Assembly (NCBI GenBank): GCA_003599535.1
Contig: QZKQ01000083.1
Location: 14,584 to 78,583, forward strand
Length of the DNA stretch: 64,000 bases
DNA from: Candidatus Zixiibacteriota bacterium
GTDB taxonomy: Bacteria; Electryoneota; B3-LCP
Direction of reading: 5' to 3'
In this document: piece after piece, positions 10,752-21,232 of the stretch
How the letters are laid out: every line of letters starts with the position of its first letter
Numbering within the stretch: position 1 is the first letter of the stretch
Made by a program: the position numbers and the translations under genes
The notes under the pieces: generated by a model
What the model saw: the letters and a program-made list of their open reading frames with translations, nothing else
Databases searched by the model: none
What the model was told of the DNA's origin: nothing

Positions 10752-11999
10752 TTAAAATAGATCGTAGCAGCGGGGCGGCGGCAGCCAGAAGGCGCGCTGG
10801 CAGAATTCCACCGTATCCTCCCCTTCGAAACCCAACAGGCCCTGCTCGTAGGCCTGGCCGGGATTGGTGTACCCGCAGAACATCTGGGAGAACATGTCCA
10901 TGGTCCCCTGTACCGTACGCCGGGGATGGTCATCCGGATCCTGCAGTTTGGCGCCCTTGCCGGTGAATTTCACGTTCACGCGGCGGTCGCCCAGCACCTC
11001 GTCCACCAGGTCCACCGTCAGTTCCCCCTGGACGCCGTTGAATTTGCGCCCGGATTCGAACGCTGCCTGCAGGTTGACCAGGCGGTACATCCACCCCAGC
11101 CCCAGGGTGGCGGAGGTATGAAACAGGCGGTAAACGTGGCGGCGGTCCAGGTCGCGGGGGTCTTCCACCCACAGGTGCAACGGTTCGTCGGCCGGCAGGA
11201 AAAAGCGCATACTGTCAATCTGATCGCGCTGCCGGGCGATGTAACTCAGGAGCGCGTCCCGGGCGTCCAGGTTAGGCGCCAGCCATTCGTGCACCTCCAG
11301 CTCCTGGGACTGCCGCTCCGGTTCGCCCGCCGCCTGGTAGGAACAGAGAAAGTACCCGATGATGTCGCCGCTGAAGCGGGCCGTTACAGCCAGCCGGGGA
11401 GCCGCCAGGACGCGTTCTCTCCAATACCTTTCGTTTCTTTTCAACAGTCCGTTGGAGTGCCGCATGGAGGCGTCATAAAAGGCCATCAGGTCCGGCACCT
11501 GGTCCGGCGTCACCATTTTCACGCTGAGGTCCGAATCTTCCAGCAGATCCTCGTATTCGAAGAGCTGGTCGGCGGCGATACGATACTGCAGCAGGTCCCC
11601 GCCGTACCCCCATCCCAGGCGGCGGTAGAAGCGGTGCTGGAAAGGATACAGGATGGAAGCCGGCACCCCCTCCTCCTCGAAGCCCTGCAGGGTTTTCTGG
11701 ATCAGGAATGCGGCGATGCCTTCGCGGCGCCGGTCGGGGCTGACCGCCACACTGCCGATGCCCACCACCGGAATTTCCACCTCCTCCTGCACCTGGGTGA
11801 AGCGGTAGGCGATCATACTGGCCACCAGTTCGTCATCGCTGGTCACCACGAACATGTCCTCCAGGCCGGCGCGGGCATTGTCGGTATAGTAGGCGCGGCG
11901 CTGTTCGGGCGTCCAGTTGAGCAAGGGGTAACTCAGGAATTGCAGTTGAACCAGGGCCTCCAGGTCGCCGGGTTCGGCGGTACGGAGCTTCAGTGCCAT
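10752..11999 (-). CDS. GNAT N-acetyltransferase of the Eis-like type (GNAT plus C-terminal SCP2-like domain)
   Basis: Start set at MALKLRTAEPGD. The acetyl-CoA motif V.GIGSVAVSPDRRREGIA is present. About 416 aa, typical Eis architecture. Confidence 0.6.
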   Translation of the reverse strand: MALKLRTAEPGDLEALVQLQFLSYPLLNWTPEQRRAYYTDNARAGLEDMFVVTSDDELVASMIAYRFTQVQEEVEIPVVGIGSVAVSPDRRREGIAAFLIQKTLQGFEEEGVPASILYPFQHRFYRRLGWGYGGDLLQYRIAADQLFEYEDLLEDSDLSVKMVTPDQVPDLMAFYDASMRHSNGLLKRNERYWRERVLAAPRLAVTARFSGDIIGYFLCSYQAAGEPERQSQELEVHEWLAPNLDARDALLSYIARQRDQIDSMRFFLPADEPLHLWVEDPRDLDRRHVYRLFHTSATLGLGWMYRLVNLQAAFESGRKFNGVQGELTVDLVDEVLGDRRVNVKFTGKGAKLQDPDDHPRRTVQGTMDMFSQMFCGYTNPGQAYEQGLLGFEGEDTVEFCQRAFWLPPPRCYDLF

Positions 12000-12151
12000 T
12001 GTGGCCTCTTCAGTGGAAGGTTGTGGGGAAGGAACCGGTGGATATTCCGTTCGGGGTGAAGCACCGGGCCCGCGGTTTGACAAGGCCGGTTCTGCGGAGC
12101 CGGCGCTTCACCCCCGGGGAAAAGGATACGAACGCCCGCCGGCGGCGGGCA

Positions 12152-12406
12152 TTATATTTCCGGGCAGAAATACTCGATCCAGTAGCGGAACCGGGATCCC
12201 AGGATCATGTCGTAGAGCTCCATCTGATCGGGGATGATGCGGCTGGCCGATTCCCGCACGCCGGCGGCCATCTCCCAGGCCTTCGGCTTGCTCACCTTGC
12301 CGGTGACGATGAGGCGCCCGGCGGAGTCCACCAGGCTTTGCAGGGTGCGGAGCTTGCGGTCCTCGCGCTGTTGTTCGGGATTTAAGGATCTATATAGCCT
12401 ATCCAT
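12152..12406 (-). CDS. Hypothetical small protein (84 aa)
   Basis: Clean ORF with coding periodicity. No family recognised. Confidence 0.35.
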   Translation of the reverse strand: MDRLYRSLNPEQQREDRKLRTLQSLVDSAGRLIVTGKVSKPKAWEMAAGVRESASRIIPDQMELYDMILGSRFRYWIEYFCPEI

Positions 12407-12599
12407 TTCGTACTTTCCGGTTATGCCTGCGAGTAATGAGCTTTCAAGGGCAGCCGTATCCAGGTAACACGCAGCCCTGTAAAGGCCTTTGGGCCGGGTA
12501 TTTTCATCGCAACCTTGGTTGATTACGGGATTACCGGTTACGCGGTACGTGGATGCGACCCACTCTAAGTTAAACCACCGGGGGTTCCCCGGGGAGCCG

Positions 12600-13073
12600 T
12601 CACCAGCCCATCGCTTCCAGCTTCCGCCGCATGCGCTGGAGATGACTGCCGGGCCAGTAGATCCTCCCGCACCGGGGGCAGCGCCGGAACTGTTCCTGCC
12701 CTTCCCGGACCCGCTCGGGCACCCGCGGCCGGGCTTCCTCCGGGGACATCTCTTCCAGTTCGGCGTTGTCCTTCAGACAGCGGGTGAAGGGGCGGGCCTG
12801 GGCTTTCAGTCCATAGGCGGCGTCCAGTTCCTGCAACTGCCCCAAAACCTCCTCCGACTCCACCAGGAAATAGCGGATGCCGTACTGCAGGTGCAGCCGG
12901 TCCGCGCCGGCGGCCACCCAGATGCGACGCTCTTCGACGGCCCGGCCCACCGCTTCGCTTAAGGGCAGGTTCCCCCGGTAGAGAGCGTCGAAGCCCAGCA
13001 TGCGCAGCGCCTTGCCCAGGGGAAAGAGGCCGGTGTCAGTCAGAAAGCGCGGGTGGTCAGACATCAAAGTCAC
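12600..13073 (-). CDS. Mut7-C RNase domain protein (DUF82)
   Basis: The C-terminal CPRCGRIYWPGSHLQRM zinc-ribbon and overall layout match the Mut7-C/DUF82 family. Confidence 0.55.
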   Translation of the reverse strand: MTLMSDHPRFLTDTGLFPLGKALRMLGFDALYRGNLPLSEAVGRAVEERRIWVAAGADRLHLQYGIRYFLVESEEVLGQLQELDAAYGLKAQARPFTRCLKDNAELEEMSPEEARPRVPERVREGQEQFRRCPRCGRIYWPGSHLQRMRRKLEAMGW

Positions 13074-13165
13074 GTTATTCTACATTATAACAGAATCAAT
13101 GACGCGGCGCCGCTTCGGAGGGCCCTCCGGAGCGGAATGATACCGGGTAATCCTACCTCCTCGAA

Positions 13166-14701
13166 TCACACAAAATTTTCTCTATCCAGACTGCGGTACT
13201 GGATGGCCTCCGACACGTGCACGGCGGAAATGGCTTCCACCCCCTCCAGGTCGGCGATGGTGCGGCTGACCTTCATGATGCGGTCGTAGGCGCGGGCCGA
13301 CAGCCCCAGGCGGTCAATGGCCGTCTTCAGCAGGGTCATGGAGGCGTCGTCCAGGCGGCAAAAGCGGCGCAGCTCCGAAGTCCCCATGTGGGCGTTGGCG
13401 TACACCCCCGGCATCCCCTGGAAGCGGTGCAACTGCCGCTGCCGGGCTTCCTGCACCCGGTCGCGGATCCGCTGCGACGGTTCCCCTTCGGCCATGGAAG
13501 CCAGGTGCTCGAACTTGACCGCGGGCACTTCGATGTGGATGTCAATGCGGTCCAGCAGCGGCCCGGACACGCGGGACCGGTAGCGCTGCACATTGACCGG
13601 GGAACAGGAACAGGCGTTGGTGGGGTCGCCGAAGAAGCCGCAGGGGCAGGGGTTCATGGCCGCCACCAGCATGAAGCGCGCCGGATAGGTGGTGGAGATC
13701 TGCGCCCGGGAGAGGGTCACGCGGCCGTCTTCCATGGGCTGGCGCATGACTTCCAGGACGTTCTTCTTGAATTCGGGCAGTTCGTCCAGGAACAGCACCC
13801 CATTGTGAGCCAGGGAGACTTCCCCGGGGCGGGGGTAGGCGCCGCCGCCGATCAGACCGGCGTCGGAAATGGTGTGGTGAGGATTGCGGAAGGGGCGCAC
13901 CGCCAGCAGCGGCTGGCCGGACGGCAGCGCTCCGGAGATGGAATGGATCTTGGTGGTTTCCAGCGCCTCGTCCAGAGTCAGCAGGGGGAGGATGGTGGGG
14001 AAGCGCTTGGCCAGCATGGTCTTTCCCGACCCCGGCGGCCCGATCATGATCAGGTTGTGGCTGCCCGCCGCGGCGATTTCCAGGGCGCGCTTGGCGGCGT
14101 CCTGGCCCTTGACGTCCTTCATGTCCACGGGATACTGGGCATGGCGGGAGAAGAGCTCCGTGATGTCCACCACCGTGGGGACGATCTCGATCTGCCCGTT
14201 CAGGAATTCCACCGCCTGGGCCAGCGTGGCGACGCCGTACACCTTGACGTTCTGGGCCATGGCGGCCTCGCGGGCGTTCTCCTGGGGCACGATGATGGAC
14301 GTATAGCCGTTGGCTCCCGCCGCCAGGGCCAGAGAGAGCGACCCGCGCACCGGGCGCACGTTCCCTTCCAGGGACAGTTCCCCCACCACCAGGCGCTGGT
14401 CCAGGGAATCCGACTCCATCTGTCCCGAGGCGGCCAGGATGCCCAAGGCGATGGGCAGGTCGTAGCTGGACCCTTCCTTGCGCACGTCGGCCGGCGCCAG
14501 GTTGATGGTCACCCGCTTCTGGGGAAAAAAATAGCCGCAGTTGCGGATGGCGGCGTACACCCGTTCGCGGGATTCCTTCACGGCGTTGTCAGGCAGGCCC
14601 ACGGTGGCGTAGCCCGGCATGACGCCTTCGATGTTGGTTTCGACGCTGACGATGTAGCCATCCACGCCGTGGGTGGCGGAAGAATAGACGGTTCGAACCA
14701 T
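13166..14701 (-). CDS. comM: YifB/ComM family Mg-chelatase-like AAA+ ATPase
   Basis: N-terminal Lon-like domain (MVRTVYSSATHGVDGYIVSVE), Walker A GPPGSGKT, and a C-terminal ChlI-like domain. Confidence 0.8.
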   Translation of the reverse strand: MVRTVYSSATHGVDGYIVSVETNIEGVMPGYATVGLPDNAVKESRERVYAAIRNCGYFFPQKRVTINLAPADVRKEGSSYDLPIALGILAASGQMESDSLDQRLVVGELSLEGNVRPVRGSLSLALAAGANGYTSIIVPQENAREAAMAQNVKVYGVATLAQAVEFLNGQIEIVPTVVDITELFSRHAQYPVDMKDVKGQDAAKRALEIAAAGSHNLIMIGPPGSGKTMLAKRFPTILPLLTLDEALETTKIHSISGALPSGQPLLAVRPFRNPHHTISDAGLIGGGAYPRPGEVSLAHNGVLFLDELPEFKKNVLEVMRQPMEDGRVTLSRAQISTTYPARFMLVAAMNPCPCGFFGDPTNACSCSPVNVQRYRSRVSGPLLDRIDIHIEVPAVKFEHLASMAEGEPSQRIRDRVQEARQRQLHRFQGMPGVYANAHMGTSELRRFCRLDDASMTLLKTAIDRLGLSARAYDRIMKVSRTIADLEGVEAISAVHVSEAIQYRSLDRENFV

Positions 14702-14843
14702 GAATCACCCGGATATGGACTGCCGGATAAAATAGGAAATCCTGCGGCGATTGTCAAGCAAAATCAGGGGATAGCGTTTAGCGGTCGGCGGTTGGCGCTT
14801 CCAATCCCCGTAGGGGTCGGACTGATTGTCACACGCCTCCGGC

Positions 14844-15767
14844 TTACCGGGAGAGGCCGCGCTTATACCTGATATACCCTTTCCGGTAGGCGCAGTAATG
14901 CAGGTAGGTCAGCAGCGGGGACGGCAGCCGGCCCTTCTCCAGCAGCGCGGCAATTTCCAGCAGGGGGCGATGGAGGATCTCACTGGTCAGCAGGCGGCGC
15001 ACGAAGGCCGGCGGGGGGCGCGTGGCCGGGCCGGTCAGGTCTTCCAGGTAGAGGTCGGCCATGAACTCCGGGTGCTGCTCCAGGATCAGCGGCAACCCTT
15101 CCCGGCCGTAGCTTTCCTGTGTGGCCATGGCCGTCTTCAGGGAACGCAGGTGGTGGTGATAACCAACCGCTCCGGGCAGATACTCGAAGCGGCAGCCGAT
15201 CTTTTCCAGGCGCAAGCCCAGCTCCAGGTCCTCCCCGCCCCAGACGTGGAAGCGGGGTTCGAACTGCCCCGCCGCCTCGAAATCGGTGCGGCGGAAGGAG
15301 GCCAGGCAGGAGATGAAATATTTCCCCGGAAGCGGTTGCCCCGGCGGCAGTTTGGCTCCGCCGCGGGTCCGGTAGTACCGGGCCAGGGCATGATGCGCCA
15401 GGTAGGCCGGGTAGCGCAGCACTCCGATGCCCACGGCCCGCTCCTGCCGTTCGTGCAGGGTGCGATGCGCCGATACATACCCGGGCACAACCTCGAAGTC
15501 GCTATCCAGCAGCAGCACCACCTCGCCGGTGGACAGCTCCACTCCCCGATTGCGGGCGCAGGCGCGGCCCAGGTTATCCGGGCTGCGGTGCAGGGTCAGG
15601 TTCAGTCTGCTCTCGAAGCGATGGGCGACGGCGGCGGTATCGTCGGTGGAAGCGTCATCCACCACCAGCACCTCGAAATCGGAACGATCCTGCCGCAGCA
15701 GCGATTCCAGCACCAGGGGAAGCGTGGACGAGGCGTTCCAGGCGGGGATGACGACGGATAGGTGCAT
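14844..15767 (-). CDS. Glycosyltransferase family 2
   Basis: N-terminus MHLSVVIPAWNASSTLPLVLESL...VLVVDDASTDDT, with DxD. Confidence 0.75.
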   Translation of the reverse strand: MHLSVVIPAWNASSTLPLVLESLLRQDRSDFEVLVVDDASTDDTAAVAHRFESRLNLTLHRSPDNLGRACARNRGVELSTGEVVLLLDSDFEVVPGYVSAHRTLHERQERAVGIGVLRYPAYLAHHALARYYRTRGGAKLPPGQPLPGKYFISCLASFRRTDFEAAGQFEPRFHVWGGEDLELGLRLEKIGCRFEYLPGAVGYHHHLRSLKTAMATQESYGREGLPLILEQHPEFMADLYLEDLTGPATRPPPAFVRRLLTSEILHRPLLEIAALLEKGRLPSPLLTYLHYCAYRKGYIRYKRGLSR

Positions 15768-15770
15768 GGC

Positions 15771-16856
15771 TTACCGGGGTTGGGTCAGGACGGCGAGCAG
15801 GGTTTCGGCGGCGTGATCCCAAGTGAAACGTGCGGCTGTGGGCGGTCCGGCTTGGGCCAGGCGGCGCCGGTGGTCCGGGTGGTCCCACAGTTCGGTGACG
15901 GCCCGCGCCAAGGCGGCGGGATCCTTTACTGGCGTCATCAGGCAGTTGCCCTCATGTACGGCGTACTCCCGCACTCCTCCACTGTCGGTGAGCACCGTGG
16001 GTGTGCCGCAAGCCATGGCTTCCAGGGGTGGCAGGCCGAATCCTTCAAACCAGGAGGGGTGGATCAGCAGGTCGGCGCCGCGGTAGGCGGCGGCGATCTC
16101 CCGGTCTCCGGCCGGCTTGATGATCCGCACCGGAAACTCGGCGGCGCGCAGATCCAGGTCGTCCTGGGTGACGACCCAGAGCTGGAATTCGCGCCCGGCG
16201 GCCCGTTCGCGTTTCACTTGGTTTAACGCCTTCACCAGGTCGGCCGTCCCCTTCCAGCGATGGCGGCGCCCCACCGTCACCACGGTGAAGACGCCCTCAT
16301 TCTCCCGGGACGGCCCCTCGGGGCGGAAAATCTCCAGGTCCACCCCCGGCGGCACGATGGGGTAACCGAAACCCCGGCCGCGCCGCATCCGGGTGCCGGT
16401 CCAGTGGCTGTTGACAACGACGGTCACCGGCAGCCGGTGGCTCCAGTCGGCCACCCTATGGTAGAGGCTTAAGAAGGTGGAGGAATCCAGCAGCGATTGG
16501 TCATCGAACAGAGCCCGCTCGTCGTTCATGACGTAGGACAGCACGCGCGCCTGGCGCAGCCTCCCGGCCAGGAACCCGGCGAAGGCCGATACCGGCATGC
16601 TGGTCAGCACCCAGTCGCATTCCGGTACCGCGGCCATCAGGGCGGGAAAGTTGACCGCCAGCGACGCCACTGGTTGATCAATGTCCACCCCCACGGGGGT
16701 GCCGCGCACCAGATCGGGCAGGGGAAGCCCCCCGCGGCCCCGGGGGTAGATGATTTCCACCTCATGGCCCCGCCGGGCCAGCTCCGCGGACAGCCGGCAG
16801 ATGGTCCTCTGCCCCCCTCCGATGTGCAAATCCTGTGCAATCCAGACCAGTTTCAT
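15771..16856 (-). CDS. Glycosyltransferase family 4 (GT-B)
   Basis: N-terminal IGGG motif. C-terminal GT1/GT4 motif EGFGLPPLEAMACGTPTV. Confidence 0.75.
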   Translation of the reverse strand: MKLVWIAQDLHIGGGQRTICRLSAELARRGHEVEIIYPRGRGGLPLPDLVRGTPVGVDIDQPVASLAVNFPALMAAVPECDWVLTSMPVSAFAGFLAGRLRQARVLSYVMNDERALFDDQSLLDSSTFLSLYHRVADWSHRLPVTVVVNSHWTGTRMRRGRGFGYPIVPPGVDLEIFRPEGPSRENEGVFTVVTVGRRHRWKGTADLVKALNQVKRERAAGREFQLWVVTQDDLDLRAAEFPVRIIKPAGDREIAAAYRGADLLIHPSWFEGFGLPPLEAMACGTPTVLTDSGGVREYAVHEGNCLMTPVKDPAALARAVTELWDHPDHRRRLAQAGPPTAARFTWDHAAETLLAVLTQPR

Positions 16857-17959
16857 GACGGTTCCAGCCGGATGCCGGCGGCTTGGTAGTGAGCGTAGAG
16901 TTCATCCATGACCGCGTCCAGCCGGTGCGTGCGCCAGACCCAGTCGCGCCCTTCCACGCCCTTCTGCCGGCGCCACTGGGGGTTCTCGATCAAGCGGATC
17001 AACTGGCTCTTTAAACTGTCCGGGTCCACATTGATGAAGGGGTGTCCGGCGAAAAAGCGGTCGCACTCCGGGTTCATCCGGGTGCAGGTAGGGAGGCCCA
17101 GGGCCAGCGTCTCCAGGGAATTCATCCCGTAACCCCAGCCGCCCCGGTCGGCGATCTGGTCCACGGCGACGTCCCAGCGGGCCTTGCGGCGCATGGCTTC
17201 ATCATGGGGGACACCCTCCACCAGGTCCAGCCGGACCGGATAATCGGCCTCCAGCTCCTTCACCACGGCGATGATGCGGTCGGTTCCCTTGAAGTGCCGC
17301 GCCTCCGGCGCCCGGCAGGCGTGGCCGATGATCAGCGGATCGCTCTCCCCGGTCTTGACCTCGAAACGTTCCACGTCAAAGGGAAGATGCAGGTAGCGGA
17401 GGCGGGGATGCTTGGCCAGAAGATCCAACTCGCTGGTCAGGTTCAGGTCGCTGATGCGGTCCACTTCCGGGATGACGCCGCGGTTGCGCAGGTCGGTGCC
17501 GTGGTAAAAGCAGACGATCCGGGCGCCGCGCGCCTTCATGGCCCGGACGAAGCGGGCGTCGCGGTAGAAATCCAGCCCCTGGTCGAGGTGGTAGACGTCG
17601 TACTGGTTCAGGCCGTACTGCCGGACGGCGCGGCCTACCGCCCCGGAGATCAGCCGGTCGCGCAGGTAGAAGAAGACCGCTTCCGCCGCCGTTCCGGAGC
17701 GCCAGACCGGCGGGTATCCCGGCAGATCCACCTGCCCCTGCATGTGCGGAGCCCCGCGGTACACCATGCGCTTGAGCTGGCGGATCAGTCCCGAATCGGG
17801 CATCAGGGGGAGGCGCAGGCAGATATCTTCGGGAAAGCCGGAAGGCGAGGGGTAGAAGGTCACGAAGCGGCATTCGTGGCCCCGGGCGCGATGCCCCTTC
17901 TGGAACCGGGTCAGGCCTCCGGAGACGTGCTCCGGGCTGAGGTAGAGGATTTTGGCCAT
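16853..17959 (-). CDS. Glycosyltransferase-like protein (GT-B fold, divergent)
   Basis: Start set at MAKILYLSPEHVSGG. Has a 4-nt overlap with the upstream GT4. GT-B-like organisation, but no strong E-x7-E motif. Confidence 0.45.
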   Translation of the reverse strand: MAKILYLSPEHVSGGLTRFQKGHRARGHECRFVTFYPSPSGFPEDICLRLPLMPDSGLIRQLKRMVYRGAPHMQGQVDLPGYPPVWRSGTAAEAVFFYLRDRLISGAVGRAVRQYGLNQYDVYHLDQGLDFYRDARFVRAMKARGARIVCFYHGTDLRNRGVIPEVDRISDLNLTSELDLLAKHPRLRYLHLPFDVERFEVKTGESDPLIIGHACRAPEARHFKGTDRIIAVVKELEADYPVRLDLVEGVPHDEAMRRKARWDVAVDQIADRGGWGYGMNSLETLALGLPTCTRMNPECDRFFAGHPFINVDPDSLKSQLIRLIENPQWRRQKGVEGRDWVWRTHRLDAVMDELYAHYQAAGIRLEPS

Positions 17960-18083
17960 ACTACTATAATTCCCGCCCCCCCAAACAGTTCCCGCGCCGG
18001 CCGGAGGCGGCGGAGAGCCGGTCAGCCTCGGGCGGGCGCGGGGGCAAGTCAACGGGGGCGAACCCGGGATCGGGGCCCGGCGG

Positions 18084-19160
18084 TCAGAATACCTGGTACG
18101 TCAAGGTGAATTCGATGGTGCGGTCGTCGAAATCCTTGATGGCGCTGACGTTCGGGTCGGGGGAATCGGTACGGCGCAGATCGTAGATGAAGCGCGCCTC
18201 GAATTCCAGCTCGTAATAGGGCGACAGGATCACGGCCGTTTCCAGAATGTCGCGGCGGTCGCGACGGCCGGCATGGAAGGGGTCCTCCACCAGGGACTGC
18301 TCGCTCTGGTAGTAGCGCAGGGAGCGCTGCAGGCCCAGGACCACGCTCCAGTCCCATTCCGAATCCAGGGGCAGGCGGTACTGCAGGTTCAGGGCATACC
18401 GGTCTTCCTCGTAGGAGCCGTCGCCGTACTCGGAATCCTCGCCGGCGGCGCTGAGGTAGACCGTGGACGACTGCCGGAACCCGATGTTGTCGCTGACCTT
18501 GAAATTGTACTCCAGGGAGGCATCCAGCCTGGGGAAACCGGTGTAAGCGACGGTCACGCCATAGAAATCGGCTTCGGCGTCGTACTCGGTGAAGTAGTTG
18601 TTGTAGTAGACGAACTCGCGCCCGTACTCGGCCTCCACCTCATAGGGCGGGAGGCGGAAGCGCAGGCTGGCGGCGGGGCGGGTCAGGTCGAATTCCGCGC
18701 CCTGGTAGGTGCCCAGATCGCGATCCCGATAGAGGCGCAGGTAGTAACTGGGGAGATAGAAGTACTTCGCCGTCAGGTAGAGCCGGTAACGCCAGGAGAG
18801 GCGGGCCGACACGTAGTGCGAGGTGGTGTTCTTGATGGAATTGATGGCGAATACGGAGATCCGGCCGGAGTAGTAGGGCCGGAACTTGAACTGGCGGCTC
18901 AGCGAGAAATCCTGGTACAGGCGCACGCTGAAGGTGTTGATCCAATCATCCGTGGTGTTGACTTCGGAAGGGGCCGGTTCGGTGTTGGTTTCGAAGCGGC
19001 CCAGATCCCGGGCGGAGTACTTCAGGATGTTGTCGTCGTAGCTGGAGGTGTAGCCCACCTTCAGGGTGAAGGGGATCTGAATCCGGGCGCCGGCGCCGGA
19101 TGCGGCCATCAGCAGCGCGGCGGCGGCCAGTAGAAGGGACAGAGACCGGGATCGCATCAT
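18084..19160 (-). CDS. Predicted outer-membrane beta-barrel protein (hypothetical)
   Basis: Signal peptide MMRSRSLSLLLAAAALLMAASGAGA. Alternating hydrophobic beta-strand pattern rich in Y/S/T. Aromatic C-terminal residue (..TYQVF), typical of an OMP beta-signal. Confidence 0.55.
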   Translation of the reverse strand: MMRSRSLSLLLAAAALLMAASGAGARIQIPFTLKVGYTSSYDDNILKYSARDLGRFETNTEPAPSEVNTTDDWINTFSVRLYQDFSLSRQFKFRPYYSGRISVFAINSIKNTTSHYVSARLSWRYRLYLTAKYFYLPSYYLRLYRDRDLGTYQGAEFDLTRPAASLRFRLPPYEVEAEYGREFVYYNNYFTEYDAEADFYGVTVAYTGFPRLDASLEYNFKVSDNIGFRQSSTVYLSAAGEDSEYGDGSYEEDRYALNLQYRLPLDSEWDWSVVLGLQRSLRYYQSEQSLVEDPFHAGRRDRRDILETAVILSPYYELEFEARFIYDLRRTDSPDPNVSAIKDFDDRTIEFTLTYQVF

Positions 19161-19167
19161 GCGGTTG

Positions 19168-20094
19168 TTACAGATTATTGGCGATATCCTTGCGCGGCAG
19201 GAGGAAGCGCATCAGGGCGCTGCGTCCATCATCCACGATTTCGAAGGTGTACTCATGCTTGCCGCGCGGCACTTCAATGAAGAACTTGGCCGCCTGGCCC
19301 ACTTTCTTGTCGCTGGCTTCGCGGTATTCGGCAATCTCTGACAGCTTCGAGCGCAGGGCGAAGATCTGCTTCTCTGTGCCGTTCTCGAATACCCGCACCC
19401 GGAACTTCTGCCCCGAAACCATGGTGGGATCGAATTCCAGCCGGGTGAGCACCTGGATGGTGGTCGGCCCGATGACGCTGAGCTTCAGCGAATCCTGGGT
19501 GCCGGCGCGGTAATAGGTGACCTGCTCTTCCTTGATCACCAGGTCCACGGCGCGGCTGAACCGGGCCGGCGCCAGGGCCACGTACTGTGACTTGGCCTCC
19601 ACCACCGCGGTGCGGTTGTAAACGCGCAGGTACAGCCGGTAGGAGGCCTTGTTCCCCACGTAAAACCGGTACGTCTGCTTCCCCGGCGGCACCTTCAGAA
19701 AGGCGCTGCGGGAGCTGCCCAGGTGGTGATTCGGGTCGTCGGTCAGCACGGCCGTGGCGGATACCCCGGCGCTGCGGCGGAATCTCCCCTTCTTGCCGCC
19801 AAGGTGCTCGTAGCGCAGGTAGTAGCGCTTTTCCCCCTTGGTCTGCCTGCCGAAATCCACGCGGCTTAACACCTTCAGGGTCGTGGGGCCTTCCACGGTC
19901 ACCAGGATCTCCTGGCCGCGTTCCAGCGGATAGTACCGCAGCTCCTTGCCCATGACCATGACTTTCTGCACGGAAGGGGTCTTGTCCGGCTTGAACGAAT
20001 GCCAGGTCAACCCATTTTGCGCCCCGGTCAGGCAGGCGCCGGCCAGCAGCACGCCAATCACGCCGATCCAATGCTTACTGCTTCGCAAGTTCAT
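19168..20094 (-). CDS. Secreted hypothetical protein with an internal duplication
   Basis: Signal peptide plus lipobox-like LLAGACLTG. Two homologous halves (VEGPTTLKVLSRVDF / VIGPTTIQVLTRLEFD). Only 7 nt before the downstream OMP gene. Confidence 0.5.
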   Translation of the reverse strand: MNLRSSKHWIGVIGVLLAGACLTGAQNGLTWHSFKPDKTPSVQKVMVMGKELRYYPLERGQEILVTVEGPTTLKVLSRVDFGRQTKGEKRYYLRYEHLGGKKGRFRRSAGVSATAVLTDDPNHHLGSSRSAFLKVPPGKQTYRFYVGNKASYRLYLRVYNRTAVVEAKSQYVALAPARFSRAVDLVIKEEQVTYYRAGTQDSLKLSVIGPTTIQVLTRLEFDPTMVSGQKFRVRVFENGTEKQIFALRSKLSEIAEYREASDKKVGQAAKFFIEVPRGKHEYTFEIVDDGRSALMRFLLPRKDIANNL

Positions 20095-20113
20095 GTCTTC
20101 GTCCGGCGGTTAG

Positions 20114-21232
20114 TTACATCAGGGTATCGGGGTCAACCCCCTCTTCCTTCAACTTGTACTTGTCCCGGTCCAGGATCACGATGAAGAGCAGAACGGTGAA
20201 CAGGATGGCGCAGGAAATGCCGGCCACTGTCAGGTTATACCGTTCCACTTGAAAGATGGCTCCCGATCCGACCGGGGGCAAGGGCACGGGGGCTCGGGGC
20301 AACCCGTACTGGTTGGCCAGGCGATCCACGTTCAGCAGGTGGATGACGGGAACCCCCATCTCCCAGAATTCGTGGATCAACCCGCGGGAGGGGTAATTCT
20401 TCTGCAGGTACACTTTGCTCAGGCCCGGGGGAATGAGGTCGCCATTTTCCGTCGAGCCCAGGACGGCGGATCCGCCGCCCACGTTGATGAAGACCTTGTA
20501 GAGGATTCCCTGGGCTTTCTGCCGGTACAACTGGCGGCGAAGCTCCTGGTTCTCTTCCAGCGATTTGCCGCCGATCAGGGCGACGTTATTGCGCAGAATG
20601 GATTCTTCGATCAACCCGCGGCCGGCCAGGGAGACGGAGCGGCCGATGTCTTCCCCGCCGCCGATGGAGGCGGCCAGGCTGCGATGCCGGATCAGGCCCT
20701 GTTTATAAAGGATACGCTCCATGTCGAGATACGTGAACTCCGGCTCGTTGGCGCCCCACATGGAAGCGCCCACGGAAGTCACGATGACCGGTTCGGCGCC
20801 CAGCACTTCGCAGGCGATGATGGTGGCCAGGTTCAGCGCCGGGAACGAGCCGGTGAAGGCCACTGCCACCTGGTCCCCCTGTTGCACCTCCGCGTCCAGC
20901 AGCATCTGCAGGATGACGGCGGCGAAATTGGGATTGATGGAGGTGAGCTTGGCCCCCAGGTCCCCCTCGTCGGTGGTGATCAGGCTGTATTGCACCCCGA
21001 TCAGGGCGCTCTGGTTGGGGTCATTGATTTCGTCCAGCGTCCAGCCGGCTTCGGCGCGGTCGCGGCGCAGCACCTCCAGGGACTGCTGCATGCGCTGGGC
21101 GGCCTGGAGCTTCATGTCGTAGTGCGGCTGGCGCACCCACACGCGGCTGTTTTCCGCCCAATAGAACAGGCCCGCGGCCAGGATCATCAGCACCAGCAGG
21201 GTGCGCTTGGATTTAATGGAAGGCCTATACAT
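20114..21232 (-). CDS. Poly-gamma-glutamate system protein (the accessory protein found next to pgsBC in non-Bacillus lineages)
   Basis: N-terminal TM anchor. About 372 aa. Overlaps the pgsC stop. The sequence pattern resembles the PGA-system family that co-occurs with pgsB/pgsC. Confidence 0.5.
   Translation of the reverse strand: MYRPSIKSKRTLLVLMILAAGLFYWAENSRVWVRQPHYDMKLQAAQRMQQSLEVLRRDRAEAGWTLDEINDPNQSALIGVQYSLITTDEGDLGAKLTSINPNFAAVILQMLLDAEVQQGDQVAVAFTGSFPALNLATIIACEVLGAEPVIVTSVGASMWGANEPEFTYLDMERILYKQGLIRHRSLAASIGGGEDIGRSVSLAGRGLIEESILRNNVALIGGKSLEENQELRRQLYRQKAQGILYKVFINVGGGSAVLGSTENGDLIPPGLSKVYLQKNYPSRGLIHEFWEMGVPVIHLLNVDRLANQYGLPRAPVPLPPVGSGAIFQVERYNLTVAGISCAILFTVLLFIVILDRDKYKLKEEGVDPDTLM

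Noticed and set aside
13217-14872. 551-aa plus-strand ORF.
   Set aside because: Antisense to the comM-like gene, which has clear AAA+ motifs on the minus strand.
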